Shown piece by piece: positions 11,620 to 40,064 of a DNA stretch of 64,000 bases. The first letter of the stretch is position 1. Each line of letters opens with the position of its first letter. Source of the DNA: the human T2T-CHM13v2.0 reference genome, Homo sapiens. The stretch is from assembly GCF_009914755.1 (NCBI RefSeq), contig NC_060928.1; one strand, given 5' to 3'. The notes beneath the pieces were generated by a model. That model was not told where the DNA came from. It made no database searches and saw only the letters and a program-made list of their open reading frames with translations. A program made the translations under genes and the position numbers.

Positions 11620-14600
11620 ACTTTCCTCTTAGTACTACTTTCACTGTATCCCATAAGTTTTGGTATGTTGTGTTTCCATTATTATTTGTTTCAAGAAACT
11701 TCAATTTCCTTGTTAATTTCTTCATTGAATCACTGGTAATTCAGGAGCATGTTGTTTAATTTCCATGTGTTTGTATAGTTTTTTGAATGTTTTAAGGCTT
11801 GTTTTGTCGTTTTCTTTCAGACTGAAGAACTCTCTTTAGCACTTTTTTGTAGAAAAGACCTGGTGTTGATGAAGTTCTTCAGCTTTTGTCTGGTAAAATA
11901 TTTATTTCTCCTTCATGTTTTAAGAAGATTTTCACTGGATATACTATTCTAGCATAAAATATTTTTTCCTTCAGCACTTTAAATATGTCATGCCACTTCC
12001 TCCTGGCCTGTAAGGTTTCCACCAAAAAGTCTGCTGCCAAACATATTGGAGCTCCATTGTATGTTATTTGTTTCCTTTCTCTTGCTGCTTTTAGAATCCT
12101 TTCTTTATCCTTGACCTTTGGGAATTTGATTATTGAATGTCTAGAGGTGGTTTTCTTTGGGTTAAATCTATCTGGTGTTTTATAACTCTCTTGTACTTGA
12201 ATGTTGATATCTTTTCCAGGTTTGGAAAGTTCTCTGTTATTATCCCTTTGAATAAACTTTATATCCCGATGTCTCTCTCCACATCCTCTTTAAGGCCAAT
12301 AGCTCCTAAATTTGCCCTTTTGAGGCTATTTTTTCTATATCTTGTAGGCCTGCTTTATTGCTTTTTATTCTTTTGTCTCCTTTGTGTATTTTCAAGTGGT
12401 CTCTCTTTAAGCTCACAAGTTCTTTCTTCTGCTTGCAATTCTACTGTTAAGAGGTTCTGATGCATTCTTCAGTAGGTCAATTGCATTTTTCAACTCTAGA
12501 ATTTCTGCTTGATTCTTTTTAATTGTTCCAATTTCTTTGTTAAATTTATCTAATATGATTCTGAATTCCCTATGTTATCTTAAATTTCTTTGAGTTTCCT
12601 CAAAATAATGATTTTGAATTCTCTGTTGAAAGGTCACATATCTCTGTCTCTGCAGGATTGGTCACTGGTGCCTTATTTAGTTCCTTTGGTGAAGTCATGT
12701 TTTCCTGGATGGTCTTGATGCTTATGGATGTTTGTCAGTATCTGGGAATTGAAGAGTTAGGTATTTATAGTAGTCTTCACAGCGTAGGGTTGTTTGTACC
12801 CATCCTTCTTGGGAAGGCTTTCCAGGTATTCTAAAGGACTTGGGAGTTGTGATCTAAGTTTTGGCCATTGTAGCTGTATCTGTATTAGAAGATACCCCAA
12901 GCCTGGTAATGGTGTGGCTCTTGCAGACTCATAGAGTACTTGGATAATAGAGGTGGACTTGGATAATACCCAGAAGAATTCTCTGGATTATCAGGGAGAG
13001 ACTCTTGCTCTCTTCCCTTACTTTTTCCCAAACAAATGGAGTCTCTCTCTGCGTGCTGAGCTTCCTGGAACTGGGGAAGAAGTGACATAAGCACAGTTGT
13101 GGCCACCACCACTGGGACTGTGCTGGGTCAGACCTGAAGCGAACACAGCACTGGGTTTTGCCCAAGTCCCACAGTAACCACTGTCTGGCTATTGCCTATA
13201 TTTTCTCAAGGTCCTAGGGCTCTACAATCAGCAGGTAGCAAAGTCAGCCAGGCTTGTGTCCTTCCCTTCAGAGAGGCAAGTTCCCTCCCTGCCTCAGGGC
13301 CTGGGCAGATCTAGAGATGCCATTGGTGAGCCAGGACCTAGAGTCAGAACTTTAGGAATCTACCTGGAGCTCTATTCTACTGTGGCTGAATTGGTACCCA
13401 AGCCAGAAGTCAGAGTTCTTCCCACTCTTCTCTCAATTTTCCACTAGCAGTAAAGTCTTTCCCTGTGGCCACCACCACCGCAGGCCCATGGCCAGTACTG
13501 CAGGACTACTGCCGATGTTCACGCATGGCTCAAGGGCTCTTCAGGCAGCTTATGGTGAATGCTTCCATACCTGGGACTCTCCCTTCAGGGAAATTGGCCT
13601 CCCTGTGGCCCAGGACAGGTCCATAAATGTCCAAGAGCCAAGGCTTGGAATCAGGGACCCCAAAAGCCCACTTGCTGCTTTATACCATTGTGGTTGAGCT
13701 GGCATCCAAGCTGCAAGACAAAGTCCTCTTTACTCTTCCTTCTTCTTTTTTCAAGCAGAAGGACTCCCTCCTCATACCCACCATAGCTGGAAATGTGCTG
13801 AGTCACACCTGAAACCAGTATATCTTTGAGCTTCACCCAAGGCCCATGGCAAACACTGCCTGGGTACTACTACTAACTATTCGGGGTCCAAGGGCTCTTT
13901 AGTCAGCAGGTGATGAATACTACCATGACTGGGTTCCTCCCTTCAAGGCAACTGGTTTCCTTCTGGCCCAGAATGTGTCTAGAATTGTTGTCTGGGATCT
14001 AGGGCCCAGAATGGGGGACTCAGGACTCTGCCTGGTGCCCTATCCTACTGTGGCTGAGCTGGTATCCAAGTTGCAAGACACAGTTTTCTTTACTCTTCCC
14101 TCTCCCCTCCTCGAGTGAAAGGAAGGCATCTCTCCCAGAGCTGTGAGCTGTGCTGCCTATGGTGGGGGAGGGGTGGTACAAGCCCTCCCTTGGCCATCCA
14201 AGCTGATGCCTCATTGAGTCACATGCCCCTCAAGTCCACTGGCTCAGAGCTCATCACAGCACCAGGACTTGCCCAGGAACTGCAGTCCTTGTGGCCTAGA
14301 CTGCCTTTAAAGTTTATTTAGGACACCAAAGCCCTTTAGCCCATAGTGGTAAGGCTTGCTGGAACTCAGGTTCCAACCACTGGGATGGGTGACTCCCCTC
14401 TGACTAGGGCTGGTCTAAATGCTCCCTCCATGGGCACTGGCTGAGTTCTGCCCAGTGCTGCTTTCTGCTGTAATAAGGCAGCACTGAGTTCCAATGAAAA
14501 GTCCCACAATCACTGTACTCTCCTTCCCCTAAGCACATATCTCCTCCTTCAGTGATATGAAGTTCAACCAGGTACTGTGATTGCTCACCTGATTTTTTGT

Positions 14601-14697
14601 TCATATAAAAGTGATTTTTTGTATGAATAGTTGTTCAGTTTGGTGTTCCTGCAGGGAGGATGATCAGTGAAGGCTTCCATTTGGCCACCTTGCTCCT
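11620..14697 (-). mobile_element. Old L1 (L1M2/L1MA-type): 5' UTR with internal repeats, ORF1 and an ORF2 scrap
   Basis: Reverse L1 ORF1/ORF2 remnants; 5' end gccaccttgctcc; three ~350-bp 5'UTR repeat units at 13180-14110. Confidence 0.8.
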
Positions 14698-15074
14698 ATC
14701 TCTGGAATGGCCAAATGGAAGCCTTCACTGATCATCCTCCCTTGAGCAAGAGAAAATTCTCCAGCAGATTGCCGTTACACTTCATTTGTACTATCAACCC
14801 TCATAGGTCTCCAGCCTATCACCCACACTGCAGATTTTGGATTCTCCAGCCTCTGTAATTGCATGAGCCAATGCCAATCAATCAAGCAATCAATCAATAT
14901 AAAAATAAATAAATTGAAGTGTTGATCTCCACTCTGGCTGTTTAGACCTAGTCCTAGTTCAGTATCTTAAAAGCAGTCACCCATATATACTCATTTTAAA
15001 CAATGCATTGATTCAAATATGGCTAAAACTTGCAGCAAACACCACTCTGATGAGAACAAAGAAAAGGCCATCTG

Positions 15075-21223
<6,149 letters not shown>

Positions 21224-21324
21224 AAATAAATAAAATGAAGTATGAAAAAATAATTAATAATAAACAAACACATACATGCATCCCAGTGGTTCTGTATCTC
21301 TGGGGAACCCTGACCAATACAAAG

Positions 21325-21490
21325 GGCATGATGTATGCAACCTACTCTCAAATGTTTCTAAGAAAATTTTACATTAAAAATATGTGGCAAAATGTTAAAA
21401 ATGGTGAATCTGGTTAAAGGTATATGAAGTTGTTTATACTATTACTGTAACTCTTCTATATGTTTTAAGTTATTTCAGAATAAAAAGTTG
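21325..21490 (+). mobile_element. L1ME-type 3' end fragment
   Basis: gtggcaaaatgttaa...ggtgaatctgg...aataaaaagtt. Confidence 0.65.
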
Positions 21491-21768
21491 GACATTTAAA
21501 GTGGTAGGCCATTTATGTTTCAGCTAACAAAATTCTAGTCAGGGGAAGACCCTGACTGGCATTTTTCATAATAGGCCAGGATTTTTCTTGTTTTGGGTTC
21601 TGCTGAAATGAGAACCTAAATCAAGCTTTAGGTTTAGGCAAGTTATTGGGGGTAGGGGGGGTGCATCTCAGGAAGCAGAAATGAGAGAATGGAAGAGTCA
21701 AACAGGGAAGAAGCATTATCAGTTGAGCTCTCACTGTAGGTACCTGTGACTCAGTCCTGCTGGAGACC

Positions 21769-22262
21769 TGTGGTAGCCAGGCTCCAGGATGGCCCCAATG
21801 AGCCCGGCCTCCGTACAGTCATACCTTTGTGTAGTGCCTGTTCACTCTGTACCAGGGTTGGTGTGTCTGACCAATGTCACATAGCAGAAGTGATGGTAGG
21901 TCACTTACAAGATTAGGTCATAAAAAAGACCATGGCTTTCATTTTGGGCACTGGCCCTCCCTCTGGGGGAAGCGATGTGGTGAGGAGTCTTATGAAGAGG
22001 TCTGTGTGGCCAGGTGAAGCCTCCTGTCAACAGTCACTCTGTCAACAGAAGTGGATCCTCCAGACCTAGTCAGGCCTCCAATGACTGTAGCCTTCGTGGA
22101 CTCATTGATTGTAGCCAGTGAGAGCCATTGAGAGTCTCTGAGCCAAAGCCACCCAGCTAAGCTGCTCTCAGATTCCTGATGCATAGGAATTGTGAAATAA
22201 AAAACATTTGTTATTTTAAACCACTGTTTGAAGTAATTTGTTACACAGAAACAGCTAACACA
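21769..22262 (+). mobile_element. MLT1F-like LTR nested in an LTR33-like LTR (about 21585-22420, minus)
   Basis: tgtggtagccaggctccaggatggcccc...gtaatttgttacacag...ctaacaca; TSD agacc/ggacc. Confidence 0.8.
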
Positions 22263-22440
22263 GGACCCTCTGAGGAATCGTGTTGAATATATCTCAGAAC
22301 TGTTCCTCCAAAGATGGGGAGGCTGAGGCATTTATCCATAAAATCCCATTCCCACCTTTGCTGAGAGTTAGGAACCCTTGGTGTGAACACTGGAGGTGAG
22401 ATGCCATCAACGTGCTGGAGCTGTTCAACATTGTTGAAAT

Positions 22441-24140
22441 TGAAACTGACCCAATTTTCCCACAGAGCTGATGTTTATGGTTTCTTTGAACAGACATAGA
22501 AATTGATCCTCTCAATCTTAAAACTTGAGGAAGTTAACATTTGTCTTACCTGAGTTCCTTTCTCAGGAAACCAACCGTCAGGCCTCCCAAATAGTATCAA
22601 GGAGCTGAAACTCACTAGATTACTTCATTTGGACAGTGAGAGATCAGACCCCCTCATCTGTCATGACTGCCTAACTGACCATCTGCTTCCTGTTGACCAA
22701 CTCCTCTTGTTTACCCTCCCTAATTCCTGTTTTCCCACACATGGTTACATTTCTTCCCTGCTATATAAACCCCTTATCTTAGTAGGTCAGGGAGATGGAT
22801 TTGAGACTGATCTCCCATCTCTTCAGCCACAGTACCTGATTAAAGCCTTTTTTTCTTTTTAATTATACTTTAAGTTCTGGGATACATGTGCAGAATGTGC
22901 AGGTTTGTTACATAGGTATACATGTGCCATGGTGGTTTGCTGCACCCATCAACCCATCATCTACATTAGGTATTTCTCCTAATGCTATCCTTCCCCTAGC
23001 CCCCTACCCCCCGACAGGCCCTGGTGTGTGATATTCCCTTCCCTGTGTCCCTGTGTTCTCATTGTTCAACTCCCACTTATGAGTGAGAACATGGGGTGTT
23101 TGGTTTTCTGTTCCTGTGTTCGTTTGCTAAGAATGATGGTTTCCAGTTTCATCCATGTCCCTGCAAAGGACATGAACTTATCCTTTTTTATGGCTGCATA
23201 GTATTCCATGGTGTATATGTGCCACATTTTCTTAATCCTGTCTATCATTGATGGACATTGGGTTGGTTCCAAGTCTTTGCTATTGTGAATGGTGCTGCAA
23301 TAAACATACGTGTGCTTGTGTCTTTACAGTGGAATAATTTATAATCCTTTGGGTATATACCCAGTAATGGGATTGCTGGGTCAAATGGTATTTCTGGTTC
23401 TAGATCCTTAAGGAATTGCCAAACTGTCTTCCACAATGATTGAACTAATTTACACTCCCACTAACAGTGTAAAAGTGTTCCTATTTCTCCACATCCTCTC
23501 CAGCATCTGTTGTTTCTTGACTTAATGATTGCCATTCTAACTGGTGTGAGATGGTATCTCATTGTGGTTTTGATTTGCATTTCTCTAATGACCAGTGATG
23601 ATGAGATTTTTTTCATATGTTTTTTTGGCTGCATAAATGCCTTCTTTTGAGAGGTGTCTGTTCATATCCTTTGCCCACTTTTTGATGGGGTTTTTTTTCT
23701 TGTAAATTTGTTTAAGTTCCTTGTAGATTCTGGATATTAGCCCTTTGTTAGATGGATAGATTGCAAAAATTTTCTACCATTTTGTAGGTTGCCTATCATT
23801 CTGATGATAGTTTCTTTTGCTGTGCAGAAGCTCTTTAGTTTAATTAGATCCCATTTGTCAATTTTGGCTTTTGTTGCCATTGCTTTTGTTATTTTAGTCA
23901 TGAAGTCTTTGCCCATGCCTATGTCCTGAATGCTATTGCCTAGGTTTTCTTCTAGGGTTTTTATGGTTTTAGGTCTTACGTTTAAGTCCGTAATCCATCT
24001 TGAGCTAATTTTTGTATAAGGTGTAAGAAAGGGGTCAAGTTTCAGTTTTCTGCATATGAAAGCCTTCTTCTTTAGCAATATTCATCTCAGTGATTGTCTG
24101 TCTGTGTTGAGCAGACTGAACCCCTGGTGTTCAGTAAGCA
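22441..24140 (+). mobile_element. ERV1 LTR (MER39-like) split by L1PA7
   Basis: tgaaactgacccaat... with TATA ctatataaac and attaaagcc; resumes at 24059 (TSD aaagcctt); family name uncertain. Confidence 0.6.
22850..24058 (-). mobile_element. 5'-truncated L1PA7 (~1.2 kb)
   Basis: Reverse L1 3' end atctacattaggtatttctcctaatgctatcc; ORF2 C-terminal peptides in the track. Confidence 0.9.
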
Positions 24141-24780
24141 AATCAAAGGTGGGCTATGATTTCAGGAACGTATGAGGAAAGGGGGCACAATAAAGCATCT
24201 AAATAGTATCATCTTTAACGTTGCCAAAACAAGATACAGGGTTTAAACAATGTGAAGCTCTCTTGAGGATCTTTTCCCTCTTTATTTACTGTTAGTTTCT
24301 TAGTCTTCAAAGTTTATCTCATAGAAATAGTAATCCAAGCAGAACTGGAACTGTTTTAAAAACTCCAAAATGCATCATTCACAGATTGCCATTGTTAAAA
24401 TTGTCTGCCATTTTATATGCTATAAAAATACACACACGTTTTTATTGAAATCATAATCATAGTTTATAGCCTGCTTTTGTCACTAACAAATATATGGAAA
24501 ACAATGTCCAATGTCAAGTGATACCATTTTAATAAGTAAATCCTGAACACATCATCCAATGAAAAACAACAATCTAACTTATCAGGCTTCATTGTGTTTT
24601 CCAGTGTGAGGAAGTTACCAGATGGAGCTTTGAGCAAATGAAGGGTATGATGTCATTTATTTAAGTGACACAAAATAAATCCTGTGCCATGACCTCTATA
24701 GAGGCACTTCTAAGAGCGTATTGAAATCACTTTCCAATTATATTTTTCAATCTAAGTTTTCTTGTTAAAAATAAAAATGA

Positions 24781-25079
<299 letters not shown>

Positions 25080-25089
<10 letters not shown>

Positions 25090-25316
25090 AAATATATATG
25101 AGTTGAGCCAGTGGTTCTACTTCCCTTTGTCAGGTGGGGTGCCAAGAACTTGGCCTGGTACTCATTCCACACTTGCTGCTTGACCAGGTGCTTACTGATG
25201 GCCTCCCCTATGGGGTAGGCACACACCAGCTCTAAAGCCCTTCTCCTGAATCCAGTGCTGGCTTCTGCTAGAAACAACTTCTTGGGAATGAAAATGCATT
25301 TCGTTCCTTCACTAAT
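25080..25316 (-). CDS. CNBD2-like terminal coding exon (237 nt): ISEGTKCIFIPKKLFLAEASTGFRRRALELVCAYPIGEAISKHLVKQQVWNEYQAKFLAPHLTKGSRTTGSTHIYLFI*
   Basis: Acceptor tttattctctcttctag; 78 open codons; YP...Q..W..Y motif like the CNBD2 C-terminal FP...Q..W..F; candidate AATAAA on the minus strand at 24661-24656 and 24446-24441. Confidence 0.78.
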
Positions 25317-26520
25317 CTAGAAGAGAGAATAAACATTTTGATATTTATTTTGAGAGATTTTTAGTTGCTTAATGCATAAAGGTAATGTAGGTCAAACATG
25401 GATTTGAGAGTTCATATGTCTCATTAGGCCCACCCCAGTGCCTAATGAATCAACATGGATGTGATGTATATAAGAGGAGTGGCAGACTAGTCTACCCAAT
25501 CTGGGAACCAGGATGGCAACTGTGAAGTCATTTGGGTCCATTATGTCCTAACATCCCTCCTAACAAATAAAACATTCTGCATAAAGACTATAAAAGGATT
25601 AGTCTAGAAAATATGAGCCCTAATGGGGACAAATGATACACAGTTAAACTATAAGATAGTATAAGATAGGTAGTTATTTAACAATTGGCAGGTAACCTGG
25701 AATATGGTTCTGATGTTAACTGTTAATTCTCTGTCAGTAGGCCATAGTGTTCTCGTCTCTGTTCTAGTCCTCGTCTAGATCTTTCTCTTCTTCTGTTGGG
25801 CCAGGTTTTATTCCTCTGACCTCTATTGTACATTTCTATGTTGTAGATGGATCTGTATGAGCCAGGGACACATTTATGAAAGAGAAACTGATCACTCTGT
25901 CGTATTAGACTTCATTCTCTCTTCAACTCAAAATATCTGTCTCCCCCAAGGTTCAGCAAGGTATTTTTTTGGTTTTTCAATTTGTGTTCTTTTTAAATTG
26001 CTATTTTCCAATGCCAGTGTATCAGATGTTAGGATCCTGGTTCTTTAAAATACCTTCTATACCAGTGCGAGAGTAAATTAGAATCCTGTAAGATTTTAAA
26101 AGAGGAAGAGAACATATTCTTGGTTGGATATTCCCTGGGATGCAGTCTCTTATTATTTAAATGGCTTTTCTTGTAGAGCTGTTTCTCTGTTCTAGTAACA
26201 ATGCTTCCATTGTAACTGCCTGCTCTGGAGAACAGAGATTGGCCCCATAGTGGACTCTGTAGGCTAACTCTGCACAGGTTCTATAGGTACAGGGAAGGCT
26301 CTGGCTATGTAAGTTTCAAAACTTCTTTGAATACTCAACTTTATATTGCTTGAAAACTTTGTGAATCTCAAAAAGTGAGGAAAATTAGGAAAATCTGAAA
26401 AGTTTCAGTTAACATGGGATAAATCCTGAATATACATGACGTGGAAAATGGCAGATGAAAACTGGTATTTATTCTTGAAAAAAAAAAAACCTACCAATAG
26501 ACCAAAAAAATTCCAAGGTA

Positions 26521-26817
26521 GGCCGGGTGTGGTGGTTAACACCTGTAATCCCAGCACTTTCAGAGGCTGAGGTGGGTGGATCACTTGAGGTCAGGAGTTT
26601 GAGACCGGCCTAGCCAACGTGGTGAGACCCCATTTCTACTAAAAATACAAAAATTAGTTGGGCATGGTGGTGTGTGCCTGTAGTCCTAGCTACTCAGGAG
26701 GCTGAGCCAGGAGAATCGCTTGAACCCAGGAGGCAGAGTGTGCAGTGAGCCGAGATCACGCCACTGCACTCCAGCCTGGGTGACAGAGCAAGACCCTGTC
26801 ACAAACAAACAAACAAA
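26521..26817 (+). mobile_element. AluSx
   Basis: Full dimer with (CAAA)n tail; TSD tccaagg(t/c)a. Confidence 0.92.
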
Positions 26818-27043
26818 TCCAAGGCAATTTAAATATTTTAAATTCCATTTTAAAAATGTTTCAATATTTCTGAACCCAAAGTTTTTTGATTTCCATAAAT
26901 CTCTTTGGATTTCTACGTTGTAGGATGCTGCTAGGAACGTTGTGTCCTGTCTGTGAGCTCCTATGTGCTGAGCAAATGAACATAGCATGTGACTTTTGGA
27001 AGAATGATTCAGAGACCACTTTGGAAAAAAGATGTGCTTTTAC

Positions 27044-27091
27044 CAGACACAAATGAAGATCACATGATTTGTCCAGTGTTTCCTCCAAGCC
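27044..27091 (-). CDS. CNBD2-like exon (48 nt, phase 0 to 0): GLEETLDKSCDLHLCL
   Basis: Acceptor ttctcttacaatttgag, donor CTG|gtaaaa; joins in frame to ISEGTKCIF of the next exon, as in CNBD2 GL....LILMSLG. Confidence 0.7.
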
Positions 27092-27494
27092 CTCAAATTG
27101 TAAGAGAACCCAAGTCACTAAACGTCAAAGGTAACTTTTTATTAATTAAGCAAGAGACCAGAAAAATAAAATCAGCAGCAGATTTTTAATTAATTCTACT
27201 GTAACAATGAACCTACACATGGTCTTTTAGGAGTCAAATAAAATAGGAATGTAAACTATGTATTCTAAAATCCATGTAAAGTTCAGAATCAGATATTCAG
27301 AAGGAATGAGCCACACTACCAATTAAAATATCTGTTAAAAATTCAAGGCAGATAATCTATTTTTGTTTTGAGTCTTAAAAAATTTATCATAATGGCAAAA
27401 ATGAATGATTGTTACTTTTGGGGACAGCCAGACTTGAGCTAGGACTTGCAGGACAGAAAAAGTCTTGCTCAGGAGGGCAGATGATCTAAATTAA

Positions 27495-27805
<311 letters not shown>

Positions 27806-28250
27806 TAATTTCCATTTTCTTAGTAACCAATATGCATGAGTCTTATTTTCTACCTCACACATGAGTCTCATTTCTTAACTCATGAGACAAATCTTTATAC
27901 ATTTTTCTTAAGTTATAGAGCCCAGAACTGGACAGTTTATTGGTAAACATCTGTTCAGCATTGAGCTTTCATTTCCATACAGGAAGGCGAACACCTAAAT
28001 TAAGCAGAAACTTACAAACCAGTTTGAGGAGCCAGCACCCAGAAGCTAGGTGCCCCCATTATCTTTGAATCAAATGTTTGTGGAGGGAAAAATAGAATGT
28101 TTCAAAGTACTCACGTATGTGATTACATAACAAACAGTTTGGCTACTGTAAATAAAATATTTTGGTCTTTTTCAACAACTTAAAACTTATTTTAAGAATA
28201 TTTTTTTCTGAGCAAATGTAGGTTCCACCAAAAATAAAATTTTATAATAA

Positions 28251-28634
<384 letters not shown>

Positions 28635-28739
28635 TGATGGACCTTGTTCTTACTTAAGTTTTTGCATATAGTCCAGCTTTTTTCCATTTTCTTGCCTTTT
28701 GTCTCTATGAGAAAATGCTGATATTATTATAAGAGTAGA

Positions 28740-28950
28740 AATTTTGGAATCAGAGCCTAGTACTGAAACTTGCTATGTAAGGGACATTAGACCCAATCCT
28801 TTATTTTAGGAAGCCCAGTTGGTTTTTTATTTTTTATTTTAATTTGTAAAGTGAGGATAAAATAACTTATAGGTTCATTGTAGGATCAAATGAGTGAACA
28901 TATATAAAACTCGTAGCGTAGTTTCCCCATATTAGCTACTCAATAAGTGA
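28740..28950 (+). mobile_element. MIR
   Basis: ttttggaatcaga...tgtaaagtgaggataa...gtaggatcaaatgag...ctactcaataagt. Confidence 0.6.
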
Positions 28951-29060
28951 GAGGCTCTCCTTTTGTATGAGGTAGCCTAGACATCCTCGATCTAAAAATT
29001 AATAGTTGTCTAGGCTGTGAGAGCATACGCAAATATCTGTTTTAAAATAATTATTTTTAA

Positions 29061-29390
29061 GGCTGGGCATGGTGTTTCACACCTGTAATCCCAGCACTTT
29101 GGGAGGCTGAGGCAGGTGAATCACTTGAGGTAAGGAGTTTGAGACCAGCCTGGCCAACATGGCAAACCCTGTCTCTACTAAAAATACAAAAATTAGCCAG
29201 GCGTGGTGGCAGGTGCCTGTAGTGTTCAGCCTGTAGAGGCTGAGGCAGGAGAACTGCATGAGTGCTTGAGTCTGGGAAGCAGAGGTTGCAGTGAGCCGAG
29301 ATCACGCCACTGCACTCCAGCCTGGGTGACAGAGCAAGACTCCCTCTCAAAAACAAACAAACAAACAAACAAATAAATAAATAAATAAAA
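29061..29390 (+). mobile_element. AluSx
   Basis: Full dimer, (AAAC)n(AAAT)n tail, TSD aaaataatt..ttt. Confidence 0.92.
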
Positions 29391-29974
29391 TAATTTTTTT
29401 TAATTACATATATGCAAACTAAGAATTAAATATAACATAGATTAGACTTCTAATAGGAGGCTCTGAGAAGACTGTAACGTAATTTCAAGTCTCATTTCTC
29501 CAGAGCTCTTCAAGAATGGAGTCAGTCTAAAGGCCAGATAATATGAAACTAAATGAGCTTTGTTTCTGATTCTCTGCCTGAGCCCCATCCATAGCCTGGT
29601 AACACATGCAAAGCCCATAATGAATCTTCTTACTTCCTTGGTGACCACTTGGTCTAGGAAAAGTTCCAGGAAAAGGCATTCCTTCAGCTGAGGTTTATAG
29701 TGAATAGTAACCCATAAAAGTGACTGAAAAGTAGTCTATAAATATATATGCCTGATAAAAGTGATTAGCAATCAGGAAATACTTATTTATAATGTGTGAG
29801 ACTATGGGAAAGACGAATGAGATGTGTTCTTTGCCTTCAAGAAACCTCAGTCTGCTTTGGAAGATAAGATTTGCTTTTTGCATTGATCTAATTGCTTTCT
29901 GAAAAATGCAAGGACTTTTTAAAAAATGAGCTAAATTTATGTGAGGAAGAAATTATTGTTTTCCATTCTCAATA

Positions 29975-30180
29975 TGTACCAGGCACTGAACACATATTAT
30001 CTCACTTAATGCTCTTGCCAATTCTGTGAAGTGGATATAATTATTCTCATTTTTTAGATGAGAAAACTGAGGGTCATACAGGTTAGGTGACTTGGGTAAG
30101 GTCCATAGGAGTGGCATTTCCAAGAAGGCAATGCAGACCAATGTCTCTGGATCCAATGTCCACACTATTTTCACTACCTC
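29975..30180 (-). mobile_element. MIR
   Basis: tgtaccaggcactg...cattttttagatgagaaaactgagg...aggttaggtgacttg. Confidence 0.75.
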
Positions 30181-31189
30181 TTATGGTAGCAGGGAGAATG
30201 GAAGGGAAGAAATAATTGTGAAATACACTTTGAAGAAATAAATTATAAATTTTAAAATTTATAGAATTTAAAAAGTTTTTTTAAATTATAAAATTTATAA
30301 TTTTTATAATTTCTTGAATAGGGATGTTTTAATATCAATACTTTATTAACAAAATTATATGAAGCCTTGGCTGAATTTTAATGAAAGCTTTCATAAATGA
30401 GACAAGGTGGGAGCATCAGGAAATGAAATAATTAAGTGTGTTGAGGGAATCAGATTAGTTTTATCCTCCTATTTTAAAAGACTTAGCTTAATAATTTTAA
30501 TAAGTATACTATTGTGCTTTTATGCAATGTATTTTTACTGTTGGCGTTTTAAATTTAGAAGGCAGCATTGTGAAAAGGAAAAAGCGTTAGGTTAGAAGAT
30601 CTGGGTTTGAGTTTTAGCTCCCAAATTACTATCGTGTGTTTGATTGTGGGAGGCTCACATAATCTACTTTAATCTTGTAGGAATATTATTACAGATTCTA
30701 CCTGATCCAGCCATCCATCCATCCACTTATGCAATTATTTATTCAATATGCATTTATTGAGCATCTACTAAGTGCCGATCACTTTCACTTGAGACATCTT
30801 AGAGTTAAACTAGATTCAGATTCTGCCCTGGAGGAGACCAGTATAGAAAGAGAGACAGACATGAATATAAAACAAGGCAGTGTAAAACATCATAGGTGAC
30901 ATAAAGAAAACCTGTCCTGATCACAGTGGACAGAAAGAAGAGGTCACTTCTTGGTGACTATGTTGCCCAGGCTGGTCTCAAACTCTTGGCCTCAGAGATC
31001 CTCCTGCTTTAACCTCCCAAAGTGCCAGGATTACAGATGTAACCCACTGCACCTTGCCAAGAGTTAGTTTTTAAATCATTGACAGTATGAAGGGTTTCTT
31101 TTCTTTTCTTTTCTTTTGGTGGGGAGATAGTGGCTTACAGTAAAAAAAAAAAAATTATACACTATATCTCAACTAGAAACTAAATGAAA

Positions 31190-39140
<7,951 letters not shown>

Positions 39141-40064
39141 ATGTATACAATTTTTAAAAATTGCTAAAATGTCCATACTGCTCAAATTAATATACAGATT
39201 CAATCCAATTTCTATCAAAATTCCAACGACATTTTTACAGAAATAGAAAAAACAATCTTAAAATTCATATGAAACCACAAAAGACTCTGAATAGCCAAAG
39301 CAGTCTTGAGCAAAAAGAACAGAGGGAGGTATCACACTACCTGATTTGAAAATCTACTACAGAATTACAATAACCAAAAAAGCATGGTACTGGCATAAAA
39401 AAAGTCACATGCACCAATGGAATAGAACAAAGAGCCCAGAAATAAATCCACACATTTAAAGTCCATTGATTCTCAACAAGGATGTCATGAACACACAATG
39501 GGAAAAGAACACTCTTCAATAAATGGTGCTTTGAAAACTGGATATTCATATACAGAAGAATGGAATTAGATCATCACCTCACACCATGTAAAAAACTCAA
39601 TGCAAAATGAATTAAAGACTTAAATGTAGGACTTGAAACTTCAAACCTCCTAGAAGAAAACATAGAGGGAAAGCTGCATAACACTGGTCTAGGCAAAGAC
39701 TTTTTGCATATGACTCCAAAAGCATGGCAACAAAAGCAAAAATAGACAAATGAGATTATATCAATCTAAAAAGCTTCTGTACCACAAAGGAAACAATCAG
39801 CAGAGTAAAAAGAGACAACCTATAGAATGGGAGAATATATTTGCAAACCATATGTCTGCTAAGAGGATAATATCTAAATACATATAATGAACTCAAACAA
39901 CTCAATAGTAAGAAAACAAATAGCCCAATTAAAAAATGGGCAAAGGACCTGAATAGACATTTCTCAAAAGAAGACATACATATTGTATAACATGACGACT
40001 ACAGTTAACAAAATATTGTATTCTTGAAAAATGCTGAGAGTGGATATAAAATGTTCTCACCACA

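Noticed and set aside
13180-14110. Three ~350-bp imperfect repeats
   Set aside because: Typical internal repeats of old L1M 5' UTRs
25509-25559. Alternative exon candidate EGC*DIMDPNDFTVAIL before ISEGTK
   Set aside because: It has a stop and a weak donor; 27091-27044 fits better
26054-26224. Minus-strand 57-codon open stretch with AG/GT (AGSYNGSIV...SHWYR) and adjacent purine-rich sequence down to 25700
   Set aside because: Phase 2/2 does not fit the phase-0 junction of the flanking exons, which are contiguous by homology; the extension is full of stops
30235-30315. AT-only quasi-palindrome
   Set aside because: Low complexity; self-complementarity is expected by chance
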